A stretch of 47,138 bases of DNA, from NCBI GenBank assembly GCA_963617915.1, contig CAVERO010000001.1, positions 1 through 47,138 on the forward strand. Direction: 5' to 3'. Below, one piece after another: positions 35,249 to 44,894 of this stretch. A program made the translations under genes and the position numbers. Numbering within the stretch: the first letter of the stretch is position 1; the number at the start of each line of letters is the position of its first letter. Origin of the DNA: Candidatus Methanomethylophilaceae archaeon (lineage in GTDB: Bacteria > Bacteroidota > Bacteroidia > Bacteroidales > UBA932). A model generated the notes under the pieces. That model saw only the letters and a list, made by a program, of their open reading frames with translations, was not told the DNA's origin and made no database searches.

Positions 35249-36613
35249 ATGAAACAGAAAAAGTTCTTGCTCCCAGAGAGCGAAATCCCGACAGCATGGT
35301 TCAACATGCAGGCCGTCATGCCCAACAAGCCGATGCCTATCCTCAACCCCGCCACTCACGAGGCTCTGAAATCCGAAGATCTCTACCCTATCTTCTGCAA
35401 GGCCTGCGCCGACCAGGAACTCAACACCACGGACGAGTGGATTCCTATCCCGGAACCGGTCCGCGAGCAGTACGCCGGCTACAGATGCACTCCACTGGTG
35501 AGGGCCTTCGACCTTGAGGCCGCCCTTGGCACCCCAGCACACATCTACTTCAAGAACGAAAGCGTCTCGCCCGCCGGATCACACAAGCTGAACTCCGCCC
35601 TCGCCCAGGCCTACTACGCCAAGGAACAGGGCATCACGAACATCACGACCGAGACCGGGGCAGGCCAGTGGGGCGGAGCACTCTCCTACGCCGCAAAGAA
35701 GTTCGGCATCGACTGCGCTGTCTATATGGTGAAGGTCAGCTATCAGCAGAAGCCTTACAGAAGGTCGATCATGCAGACTTTCGGGGCAGCCATAACCCCT
35801 TCCCCTTCAATGTCCACAAGGGCGGGCAAGGACATCATCACGGCCAACCCCAACGACCAGGGATCCCTGGGATGCGCAATCTCCGAAGCGATCGAGCTGG
35901 CGGTCAGCACCCCGAACTGCAAATATACCCTCGGCTCGGTCCTGAACCACGTATGCCTTCACCAGACCGTCATCGGGCTGGAAGCCGAGAAGCAGATGGA
36001 GCTGGCCGGGGAATATCCCGACATCGTGGTGGCCTGCTTCGGAGGCGGCTCCAACTTCAGCGGAATCGCCTACCCGTTCATGAGGCACAATATTCAGGAA
36101 GGCAGAAAGACCCGGTTCGTCGCTGCCGAACCTTGTTCCTGCCCGAAGCTCACGAGAGGGAAGTTTGAATATGACTTCGGGGATGAGGCCGGCATGACTC
36201 CGCTTCTTCCGATGTACACCCTCGGCCACGATTTCAAGCCGGCCACAATCCACGCCGGTGGCCTCCGCTACCACGGAGCCGGAGTGATCATGTCCCAGCT
36301 TATGAAGGACGGCTACATGGAAGCTGTTGACATCGAGCAGCTTGACGCATTCAAAGCCGGAGTGCTCTTCGCACAGACCGAGGGCATCATCCCCGCGCCG
36401 GAATCCTGCCATGCGATTGCGGCGACCATCGGCGAGGCTCTCAAGTGCAAGGAGAACGGCGAGGAGAAGACCATCCTCTTCAACCTTTCCGGCCACGGTT
36501 TCGTGGACATGAGCGCCTACGACCAGTACTTCTCCGGCGAGATGCAGAACTTCCACGTCTCCGACGCCGACCTCGCCAAGTACATCAAGTCCGCCGACGC
36601 GCTGAACAAGTAA
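35249..36613 (+). CDS. trpB2: TrpB2-type (TrpB-like) PLP enzyme
   Basis: GSHKLN, TETGAGQWG, GGGSNF and IHAGGLRYHG motifs; long N-terminus; no adjacent trpA. Confidence 0.92.
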   Translation: MKQKKFLLPESEIPTAWFNMQAVMPNKPMPILNPATHEALKSEDLYPIFCKACADQELNTTDEWIPIPEPVREQYAGYRCTPLVRAFDLEAALGTPAHIYFKNESVSPAGSHKLNSALAQAYYAKEQGITNITTETGAGQWGGALSYAAKKFGIDCAVYMVKVSYQQKPYRRSIMQTFGAAITPSPSMSTRAGKDIITANPNDQGSLGCAISEAIELAVSTPNCKYTLGSVLNHVCLHQTVIGLEAEKQMELAGEYPDIVVACFGGGSNFSGIAYPFMRHNIQEGRKTRFVAAEPCSCPKLTRGKFEYDFGDEAGMTPLLPMYTLGHDFKPATIHAGGLRYHGAGVIMSQLMKDGYMEAVDIEQLDAFKAGVLFAQTEGIIPAPESCHAIAATIGEALKCKENGEEKTILFNLSGHGFVDMSAYDQYFSGEMQNFHVSDADLAKYIKSADALNK

Positions 36614-36628
36614 TCGCCCGACCCACCA

Positions 36629-36677
36629 CATGGCCGCCGAGCAAAGCAGCATGGCCGCCGAGCCTGTCGAAGCGACC
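36629..36677 (+). repeat. CATGGCCGCCGAGC duplication ending in a REP copy CCGAGCCTGTCGAAGCGACC
   Basis: Read directly; matches the unit at 19-36. Confidence 0.75.
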
Positions 36678-36701
36678 GGGCGCTGTCCGGAAAGCCGTGG
36701 T

Positions 36702-36799
36702 GGGTAACATCCTGATATTCAAGCAAAAGAGCAATGTCCTTTGGTGGGAAGCGCCGTAAGGCTTTTGCTCTTTTTGCTCATTATCAACATTTTACGCCC
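36702..36799. repeat. ~98-bp imperfect palindrome with IHF-like motifs
   Basis: GGGTAACATCCTGATATTCAAGCAAAAGAGCAA versus TTGCTCTTTTTGCTCATTATCAACATTTTACGCCC. Confidence 0.6.
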
Positions 36800-36837
36800 C
36801 ACGCTCTCAAAATGCTCTTCTTGATAATTCACTTGTT

Positions 36838-36882
36838 TGTTATAACATATTTTGTTATTCGGGGTTTTTGTTATAACTTTAC
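36838..36882 (+). promoter_or_regulatory. vapBC promoter with two GTTATAAC palindromes (candidate operators)
   Basis: TGTTATAACA at 36838-47 and GTTATAAC at 36870-77, immediately upstream of the ATG. Confidence 0.65.
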
Positions 36883-36885
36883 GGC

Positions 36886-37179
36886 ATGACAGCGAACACG
36901 ACAATATTGAGAATCGGCAACAGCAGCGGGGTCATAATTCCCGCCGCGATAATGAAGTCCCTGTCGCTTTCGGTGCGTGACAAGATCAGCATCGCCGAAG
37001 AAAACGGGAAGATTATCTTGCGGAAGATCGCTGACCCTGAGGAAGTCACTCCGTTCACGGCATTCGATGCCCTCTGCGCTGAAAAAGGGTATGTGGACGA
37101 TGTGTCAGTAGAGGCTTCGCTGGACTATGCGGCAAATATTCGGTCGGGCAGGAACAACAAGGACATTCCGCAATGGTAG
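36886..37179 (+). CDS. vapB: AbrB/MazE-fold antitoxin (VapB)
   Basis: ILRIGNSSGVIIP motif; overlaps the PIN toxin start. Confidence 0.85.
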   Translation: MTANTTILRIGNSSGVIIPAAIMKSLSLSVRDKISIAEENGKIILRKIADPEEVTPFTAFDALCAEKGYVDDVSVEASLDYAANIRSGRNNKDIPQW

Positions 37180-37601
37180 GGCAAACCAAATACCTGTTGG
37201 ACACGGACATCCTCATCACGATGATTCGTGACAGGACAGGGGAATCGGGACTCAGGCAAAAGGCTCTCGATGTCGGTCTTCAAAACTGCTATGTGAGTTC
37301 GGTTTCTCTGGCGGAATTGTCCTCGGGGGCTTACCGGATGGCTTCGGAAAGAGGACTGTTCGAGCTTGAGTTCATCAAGGAAATCCTGAACATCCTTCCG
37401 TTCGGTCTCAACGCCTCCGACGCCGAATGCTTCGGTCGTAACAAGGCGCTTCTGTACGGTGCCGGCAAGCCCATAGACGACATGGATCTTCTGATCGGTT
37501 CATCCGCCCTCGCCGGAGACTTCGTGATGGTCACTCACAACACACGACTTTTTTCCCACATCCCCCATCTGAAAATCGAGGACTGGCTTGAAAACCCATG
37601 A
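37173..37601 (+). CDS. vapC: PIN-domain toxin VapC
   Basis: YLLDTDILI, SLAEL, MDLLIG and VTHNTRLFSHIPHLKIEDW motifs. Confidence 0.92.
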   Translation: MVGQTKYLLDTDILITMIRDRTGESGLRQKALDVGLQNCYVSSVSLAELSSGAYRMASERGLFELEFIKEILNILPFGLNASDAECFGRNKALLYGAGKPIDDMDLLIGSSALAGDFVMVTHNTRLFSHIPHLKIEDWLENP

Positions 37602-37649
37602 AAGAATTGTGGTTGACCTTGAGGCCCGTGGCGAGAAACACCTTGAGTC

Positions 37650-39473
37650 TCAGATCGGCAGGGTCTTCGCACGGAGCCAGACGGCGACTTCGGGGGTGAG
37701 ACGCGGGGAGAGGGTGCGGAAAACGCGCTCGTTGTAGGCGTTCAGCCAGTCGATTTCGGAGCGGTCGAGGAGTTCTTTGACTATTATGGAGGTGTCGAAG
37801 TGGCAGAGGGTCAACGGCTCGAAACGCAGCCAGCGGGCGAAATCGTTCTCCCCGGCATCAACGCAAAGGACAAGGTTCTCGTGACGGACGCCGAACCTGC
37901 CCTCCCGGTAGATTCCCGGCTCGTCGCTCGTGATCATGCCCGGAAGGATGGCCTGACGGTTGAAGTTCTGACGGATGTCCTGCGGACCTTCGTGAACATT
38001 GAGGTAGAATCCTACACCGTGGCCGGTCCCGTGACCGAAATTGCGCATCGCGTTCCACAGCGGCTCACGCGCAAGGGCGTCCAGCTGACAGCCGGCCGTT
38101 CCCTTTGGGAATACCGCCTTGGAAAGGGCTATGTGACCTTTCAGCACCAAGGTGTAGTCCTCTTTCTCAAGTTGAGTGCACGGCCCGAGAGGAACTGTTC
38201 TGGTGATGTCCGTGGTCCCGAACAGGTACTGCCCTCCGGAATCACACAGGTAAAGCCCCTCGGCGGACAATTCAGCCGAATCCTCCTTTGGAGTGACATA
38301 GTGAGGCAGGGCGGCGTTTGCGCCGTAGGCCGAAATAGTCTCGAAACTCTCACCTCGGAATCCTTCGATTTCAGAGCGGAACTCATGCAACTTGGACGAG
38401 GCTTCATATTCATTGACCGCATCGCCGGCCTCGACCGAGGTTTGCAGCCAGTGGAGGAAACGCTCCATCGCGACTCCGTCCTCAAGGTGGGCTTCCTTCA
38501 TTCCGGCCAACTCCACATCGTTTTTTACCGCCTTGCGCAGCCCCACCGGAGACGTTCCGGTGATGACGTAACGCGCGTCAAGGATGCTGAATAAACTGTA
38601 GTTCAAGGTCGCCGGATCCGCGAACAAGGCCTTGATGTAGTTGCCGTCCACCAGATTTGTAAGGGCGGCGGCCACGTCGGAATATTCCTGAATGCTCACC
38701 CCGTCCGCCGTCAGCTCGCGGAAGCTGTCCTCCGTCTCGCCGTCTTCGTCGGGAAGGGGCCCCTTGCGCACGAACCACAGCACATTGTCTTGGGTGACAA
38801 GCAAATAGGACATCACCACCGGATTGTAGGCGACATCCTGCCCCCTTACGTTAAGCAGCCACGCTATCTCGTCCAGCGCGGTCAGCAGGACAGCGTCGCA
38901 ACCGTGCCCGGCCATCCACTTCCGCAGCCATCTGACCTTCTGCTCCCTCGACCAGCCTACCTGCTCGGTTCCGAGGGTGATGACGGGGGTCTGCGGAATC
39001 TCCGGTCTGTCTGTCCACATGACGTCCAGAAAGTCCGGCGCGTCGGCAAAACGAACCTTTCCGCCGGCGGCATCCTGAATGTCCTTCACGGCGGATGAGG
39101 TCATGCAAAGCCCGTCAACCGCGACGCAAATCTCATCAGAATCCGCGAAATGACCGGCAAGCCATTCGGGAATAAGCACCTGCCCCTGAACTCTGGTCTT
39201 GTGCAGCTCCACTCCAGCCTCCGGAAGCTGCCGGGAAGCCTGGATGAAATAGCGGGTGTCGGTCCAAAGCCCCGCATGATCCGGCGTGATGACAAGGTCC
39301 CCCTCGCCGGTGTAGCCGGAAAGCCACGCCACCTGATGCCAGCGCGCGGCGGAATATTCACTGTTATGAGGGTCATTGCCCGTCACGATGACGGCGTCCC
39401 ACCCTTTCGAGCGCATCATCGCCCGGACCGACTCGATTCTTTCTTTGAATATGCCCATGGAACGTTCCTCCAT
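37650..39473 (-). CDS. Xaa-Pro aminopeptidase (M24, aminopeptidase P family)
   Basis: DPHNSEY, DSGGQY..GTTDITRT, HGTGHGVG and DEPGIY motifs. TATCTTTG at 39488-95 supports the 39473 start. Confidence 0.93.
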   Translation of the reverse strand: MEERSMGIFKERIESVRAMMRSKGWDAVIVTGNDPHNSEYSAARWHQVAWLSGYTGEGDLVITPDHAGLWTDTRYFIQASRQLPEAGVELHKTRVQGQVLIPEWLAGHFADSDEICVAVDGLCMTSSAVKDIQDAAGGKVRFADAPDFLDVMWTDRPEIPQTPVITLGTEQVGWSREQKVRWLRKWMAGHGCDAVLLTALDEIAWLLNVRGQDVAYNPVVMSYLLVTQDNVLWFVRKGPLPDEDGETEDSFRELTADGVSIQEYSDVAAALTNLVDGNYIKALFADPATLNYSLFSILDARYVITGTSPVGLRKAVKNDVELAGMKEAHLEDGVAMERFLHWLQTSVEAGDAVNEYEASSKLHEFRSEIEGFRGESFETISAYGANAALPHYVTPKEDSAELSAEGLYLCDSGGQYLFGTTDITRTVPLGPCTQLEKEDYTLVLKGHIALSKAVFPKGTAGCQLDALAREPLWNAMRNFGHGTGHGVGFYLNVHEGPQDIRQNFNRQAILPGMITSDEPGIYREGRFGVRHENLVLCVDAGENDFARWLRFEPLTLCHFDTSIIVKELLDRSEIDWLNAYNERVFRTLSPRLTPEVAVWLRAKTLPI

Positions 39474-39733
39474 TTTTTCAACTTTCACAAAGATAATGAA
39501 AACCGGAATATTCCCATATTCATAATAACGAGCAGGCGGAAACAAGCTTATCAACAGTCTCAAAAGTGTCAGTTTTGATTAAAAAACAGGAAATTTATAT
39601 CGATTTATACGCCTTTGTGTTGATTTTTGAAAAAAAATCAATATCTTGTGTCGCTAAAGATTCAGATGTAGAGTACAGACTGACGAATCTTTGGGAAACC
39701 GCATAATTAATACAACCATTAAAATCATACTGT

Positions 39734-42700
39734 ATGAACAAAAAAATCGCAGCAATCCTTGCTTTGCTTTTTCTAAGCGCAGTTGTCGCCTTTTCTCAAA
39801 ACATACAGGTGAAAGGAACTGTCACCGACGCCAACGGTGAACCCGTACCATTCGCCTCTATTCAGTTGAAGGGCACAAAGACAGGCACCGCCACGGACGA
39901 GAACGGCCGCTACACCTTCTCGGCCCCGTCAAATGGAACATTGATCTTCAGTTCCATCGGCTACCATTCCTCCGAGGTGCGCATCAACGGGAAACTCATC
40001 GTTGACTGCGTCCTCAACACAGACAGCGACTACCTTGACGACGTGATCGTCGTAGCCTACGGTGTCGCCAAAAAGGAGTCCATCGTGGGCGCTGTCTCAC
40101 AGGTCAACTCAAAAGACATCGAGAAACGCTCGACCTCCAGCGTGTCCGCCGTTCTTGAAGGTTCGGCTCCGGGCATCCGCGTGAACAACTCCTACGGAGA
40201 GCCGGGCTCTGACGCCTCCATCCGCATCAGAGGATTCGGATCCATCAACGGAACGAACGCACCTCTCTACGTGATGGACGGCGTGATCTACGGAGGCAAC
40301 ATCTCCGACCTTAACCCTCAGGACATCGAGAGCATCTCCGTCCTCAAGGACGCCTCATCGGCCGCCCTCTACGGAAACCGCGCCTCCAACGGTGTCATCC
40401 TCATCACATCAAAGAAAGGAAAGGACGGGAAAGTCTCACTGAGCGCCAACATCAACCAGGGTATCTACCAAAGAGGTATCCGTGAATATGATTCCATGAA
40501 CGCCGACGAGTGGATGGAGACCATGTGGACAACCTACCGCAACGGAATGATGAGCGACCCGGCTCTCAACAAGACCCTTGAGGACGCCACCGCACTTGCA
40601 CGGAAAGATTTCATCCCCGTTATAGCAAAGTACAACATTTACAACAAAAGCGACGAGGAACTGTTTGACGCAAACGGAAAACTCACCGGCACCGTCAAGC
40701 CGCTGATCGCAGAAGACCTCGACTGGTTCAAGCCGATTGAGAGGCTTGGCCACAGGCAGGAGTACAACGTGAGCGCCAATGCTGCGACCGAGAAGTCAAG
40801 CTTCTACATGTCAGCCGCTTACCTTGACGAGAAAGGCTACGTGAAGTCTTCCGACTTCTCCCGCTTCAACGGACGCGCCAACGTGAGCGCCTCCCCTCGC
40901 AAATGGATCAAGATCGGCATGAATCTGGCCGGTTCGTATCAGGAGAGCAACTACACCGACACGGACGGAAACTCGGCTTACATCAATCCGTTCTACTACT
41001 CCCGCAACATGGCTCCTATCTACCCTGTCCATCAGCACGACCTCAGCTCGGAGAAGGGTGACTACATCCTCGACGGTTCAGGAAACAAATTGTATGACGG
41101 AGGAAAAGACCGCGGACAGAATGTGGCCAGGCACATCGCATGGGAGCTTGAGGACAATCTGGCGAAGTCTTACCGCACGACCCTCAACGGACAGCTCTAC
41201 GCTGATTTCAAGTTCCTGAATGACTTCACATTCTCCATCAAGGGGGACATGAGCCTGCGCAACAACGAGGCGCAGACCTACAACAACGCGGTGATCGGCG
41301 ACGGAGCCGGGAACAACGGACGCGCGTCCCGCACCATCTACCGCTACAGGAACTACACTTTCCAGCAGCAGCTGACCTGGCAGCATGCCTTCGGAGAGCA
41401 CAACGTTGATTTCCTCCTCGGTCACGAGAATTACTACTACCACTACAACTATCTGTACAACTACAAGACAAACGAGACATTCCCGGGACAGACGACGCTG
41501 AACAACTTCTCGGAAATGACTTCATTGATGGACTACTACGCGGACGTGCGCAGCGAGTCTTACCTTGCCCGCGCCCGCTACAACTTCGCCAACAAATACT
41601 TCGGCGAGGCATCCTTCCGCCGTGACGGATCGTCAAGGTTCCATCCGGACCACCGCTGGGGTAACTTCTGGTCTTTGGGTGGCAGCTGGGTTCTCTCGAA
41701 CGAAGAGTTCATCAAGGCAATTCCTGAAATCAACTCTTTGAAATTCAGAGCATCCTACGGAGAGGTCGGAAACGACCAAGGTGTCGGCTACTACGCCTAC
41801 ATGGCTCTTTACTACCTGACTCAGAACGGAGGACAGGGAGCCGCCTACAAGTCCCAGAATGACGCCACCAACATCAAGTGGGAGACAGCGGCTTCTTGGA
41901 GCGCGGCTCTTGAAGGCAGGCTGTTCGACAGATGGAACATCTCACTGGAGTACTACGACAAGCGGACACGCGACCTGCTGTTCAGCGTTTACCAGCCTCT
42001 TTCAGCCGGAGCGACATCGACAAGCTCCGCGGTTTCCACAATAACCCAGAACCTCGGTTCGGTTTCCAACAGAGGTGTGGAGTTCGCCACCGATTTCGAT
42101 GTGATACGCTCGAAGGATTTCAAGTGGAACCTGAGTATGAACGCCACCATAGAAAGGAACAAGATCATCACGCTTCCTGAACAGAACCGCGAGTCAGGCA
42201 TCCTTTCAGGAAACTACAAATACGCAGAGGGACACAGCATGTACGAATTCTTCACGTACCAGTATGAAGGCGTGGACATGATGACCGGACGCTGCCTCTA
42301 CCAGATTGACGACGAGGCCTACTATGTGGGAGAAGCCGCGGAAGGCGAGACCAGGAAGGTGCTTCCTGAAGCTTACCACGTCAACATCAACGGAAAGGAT
42401 TACACCACCTACACCACCTACGCCAAGAGAGACTGGAGCGGCTGCGCCCTCCCTAAGATCTATGGAAGTTTCGGGACTTCGTTCAGCTACAAGAACTTCT
42501 CCCTTTCCGCACTCTTCACATACTCTCTGGGCGGAAAGATGTACGACAGTTCCTACGCCTCCCTGATGTCCGCCAGCACGAACGTGCATCAGCTCCACAG
42601 GGACCTGCTGAACTCTTGGACAGCGGCTCCTTCCGGAATGACGGAGACCTCTGCCGACCGCATCAATCCTGACGCCCTCCCGGGTCTCAACTCTTACTAC

Positions 42701-42967
42701 AACCAGTACAACTCATCGATGTCAACCCGTTGGCTTCACAGTTCCAACTATCTGGTGTTCAAGAACCTCACCCTGTCCTACAATATTCCTTCAAGAATCA
42801 CCCGCATGGTTGACATCGCAGGGGCTTCCGTGAACTTCAGCGCCGAGAACCTCTTCACCCTGACAGCCCTCAGGGGAATGAACCCTCAGCAGAACTTCAC
42901 GGGCAGCAGCAGCAATGTGTTCACCACCGCCCGCGTCTTCTCGTTGGGACTCAACATCAGACTGTAA
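39734..42967 (+). CDS. susC: SusC/RagA TonB-dependent transporter
   Basis: CarboxypepD-like N-terminus, VVAYG, IRIRGFGS and LKDASSAALYGNRASNGVILITSKKG motifs. Confidence 0.97.
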   Translation: MNKKIAAILALLFLSAVVAFSQNIQVKGTVTDANGEPVPFASIQLKGTKTGTATDENGRYTFSAPSNGTLIFSSIGYHSSEVRINGKLIVDCVLNTDSDYLDDVIVVAYGVAKKESIVGAVSQVNSKDIEKRSTSSVSAVLEGSAPGIRVNNSYGEPGSDASIRIRGFGSINGTNAPLYVMDGVIYGGNISDLNPQDIESISVLKDASSAALYGNRASNGVILITSKKGKDGKVSLSANINQGIYQRGIREYDSMNADEWMETMWTTYRNGMMSDPALNKTLEDATALARKDFIPVIAKYNIYNKSDEELFDANGKLTGTVKPLIAEDLDWFKPIERLGHRQEYNVSANAATEKSSFYMSAAYLDEKGYVKSSDFSRFNGRANVSASPRKWIKIGMNLAGSYQESNYTDTDGNSAYINPFYYSRNMAPIYPVHQHDLSSEKGDYILDGSGNKLYDGGKDRGQNVARHIAWELEDNLAKSYRTTLNGQLYADFKFLNDFTFSIKGDMSLRNNEAQTYNNAVIGDGAGNNGRASRTIYRYRNYTFQQQLTWQHAFGEHNVDFLLGHENYYYHYNYLYNYKTNETFPGQTTLNNFSEMTSLMDYYADVRSESYLARARYNFANKYFGEASFRRDGSSRFHPDHRWGNFWSLGGSWVLSNEEFIKAIPEINSLKFRASYGEVGNDQGVGYYAYMALYYLTQNGGQGAAYKSQNDATNIKWETAASWSAALEGRLFDRWNISLEYYDKRTRDLLFSVYQPLSAGATSTSSAVSTITQNLGSVSNRGVEFATDFDVIRSKDFKWNLSMNATIERNKIITLPEQNRESGILSGNYKYAEGHSMYEFFTYQYEGVDMMTGRCLYQIDDEAYYVGEAAEGETRKVLPEAYHVNINGKDYTTYTTYAKRDWSGCALPKIYGSFGTSFSYKNFSLSALFTYSLGGKMYDSSYASLMSASTNVHQLHRDLLNSWTAAPSGMTETSADRINPDALPGLNSYYNQYNSSMSTRWLHSSNYLVFKNLTLSYNIPSRITRMVDIAGASVNFSAENLFTLTALRGMNPQQNFTGSSSNVFTTARVFSLGLNIRL

Positions 42968-42988
42968 AAGATTTAAAACAAGGACAAA

Positions 42989-44539
42989 ATGAAAAAGATA
43001 CTTAAAATATCCATCGCCGCCCTGTCAGGCGCAATGTTTCTTGTTTCCTGCTCAAAGGACTACATGAACACCGCTCCGACAAGTTCCACCGCGACAGCCA
43101 CCATCTTCGAGAGCACCGAGAACGCCGCCCTCGCAATCAACGGCATCTGCAAACTCATGACAAGGCAGTATCTGGGCAGCCAAGGTTTAAATGGGGAAGG
43201 CACAATCAAACTCTACACCGGTGAATATCCGGGGGACAACTTACCTGTAAACCTTCCGGGCTGGGCGAGTGTGATCAACGCCACATATCATGACAGCAAG
43301 ACCAGCACCTACAACTACTTCAACTGGTACTACTACTACATGCTGATCGGCAACGCCAACGCCGTCATCGCATACATCGACAGTGCGACCGGGGAAGACA
43401 CCGAGAAACAGTTCATCAAAGCCCAGGCGCTGTCCTTCAGAGCCTACAGCTACATGATGCTGCTTCAGGTCTATAGCGTGCGGTGGAGCGATTCCAACAA
43501 CGGCTCCGCTGACGGAGTCGTGCTCCGTCTCGACACTTCCACCGACGAAATGCCGCTCAGCACGATGGCCGAGTGCTACAAGCAGATCTACGACGACCTT
43601 GACGAGGCTATCAGCCTGTACACATCTTCGGGATTGGCGCCGGACTCCGACGACAACTTCTCTCCGAACATCGACATGGCCTATGCCACCTACGCCCGCG
43701 CCGCTCTGAACAGGCAGGACTATTCCACTGCTCTGGACAAGGCGGCAAAGGCACGCGCCAACCATCCGCTGATGACCAACGCCGAGTACAAGAAAGGATT
43801 CAACACTCCTAACAAGGAATGGATCTGGAGCTGCTACGGTTCAGCCGACGAGACGCTTTACTACTACAGTTATTTTGCGTATATCGGCTACAATGCCTCT
43901 GCGAGCGCTGTCAAAAACTATCCTAAATGCATCAGCAAGGATATCTACGACAAAATTCCGGAAACAGACCTGCGCCGCGGATTGTTCCTCGACCCTAAGG
44001 ATTATTCCTACACAAAGTCCACAGGTATGGCCGATGCCAAGAAAGATGGCAAGGAACTGGACGCTTACGCAAGATCCCTTTACCCGGCTATTAATGCAGG
44101 GGGCAAGGTTTATGCTTACATGAACTTCAAGTTCTCCAATACCGTTCAGCCCGGTGTCGGACATCTGAACAATTTCCGCTCCGCCGAGATGTATCTGATC
44201 GAGGCCGAGGCAAACTATTTCCTCAAGAACGAAAAAGCCGCACAGGCCTCTTTGAACGCACTGACAAGAGACAGCGGACGTGACAAGGAATATAATTGCA
44301 CGGCCACAGGCACAGCTCTTCTTGACGAGATAAAGCTTTACCGCAGGATAGAACTCTTCGGAGAAGGCTTCAACTGGTTCGACCTCAAACGTTGGGGAGA
44401 CTCTTTGAACAGAACTTCCACAGAGAAGGATGGCAACTACATCGCAGCCCTGGCTGTTTCATACAGTCCACAGGACAGGAACAACTGGACATGGGTGATT
44501 CCGTCAAGAGAGACGGACTACAACAAGCTCATCAAATAA
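42989..44539 (+). CDS. susD: SusD/RagB lipoprotein
   Basis: Lipobox LVSC; RSAEMYLIEAEA and RRIELFGEGFNWFDLKRW motifs. Confidence 0.96.
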   Translation: MKKILKISIAALSGAMFLVSCSKDYMNTAPTSSTATATIFESTENAALAINGICKLMTRQYLGSQGLNGEGTIKLYTGEYPGDNLPVNLPGWASVINATYHDSKTSTYNYFNWYYYYMLIGNANAVIAYIDSATGEDTEKQFIKAQALSFRAYSYMMLLQVYSVRWSDSNNGSADGVVLRLDTSTDEMPLSTMAECYKQIYDDLDEAISLYTSSGLAPDSDDNFSPNIDMAYATYARAALNRQDYSTALDKAAKARANHPLMTNAEYKKGFNTPNKEWIWSCYGSADETLYYYSYFAYIGYNASASAVKNYPKCISKDIYDKIPETDLRRGLFLDPKDYSYTKSTGMADAKKDGKELDAYARSLYPAINAGGKVYAYMNFKFSNTVQPGVGHLNNFRSAEMYLIEAEANYFLKNEKAAQASLNALTRDSGRDKEYNCTATGTALLDEIKLYRRIELFGEGFNWFDLKRWGDSLNRTSTEKDGNYIAALAVSYSPQDRNNWTWVIPSRETDYNKLIK

Positions 44540-44561
44540 TAACAACCACCCATAAGCAAAG

Positions 44562-44598
44562 AAAAACCGGGATCCTTTTCAGGAATCCCGGTTTTTTT
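44562..44598 (+). terminator. Intrinsic terminator after susD (possibly bidirectional)
   Basis: AAAAACCGGGAT...ATCCCGGTTTTTTT. Confidence 0.85.
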
Positions 44599-44667
44599 GT
44601 TAAAGTTGTACTTTAGCAAAAGCCTTCGGCCAATCCAAAACAACAATTGTCTTCGGGAATGCTCCAT

Positions 44668-44748
44668 CCCAAACAGATAATCATTTGAACAATCGGCGCT
44701 TGAATATCCTCACGGCCAGAAGCAGCATCTTCTCGGCGGGCAGGAACG
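44668..44748. repeat. 81-bp direct repeat, copy 1
   Basis: Matches 46929-47009 with one mismatch. Confidence 0.95.
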
Positions 44749-44760
44749 CGGAGAGACTTC

Positions 44761-44820
44761 TCAGTCCTTCAGACAGGCGAGCGGGATTATTTTCACCCCG
44801 TCCGGGCGGGTGTATGCCAT
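44761..44820 (-). pseudogene. 3' remnant of a DUF4143-type AAA ATPase gene
   Basis: Translates MAYTRPDGVKIIPLACLKD*, resembling that family's C-terminus; upstream part absent. Confidence 0.6.
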
Positions 44821-44894
44821 CCTGCTGGATACTGTTACCGGCTACCGGAGTCAGTACCAACAGGGTTCGTTCTTGATTCAGGTGTTTTGATGGA

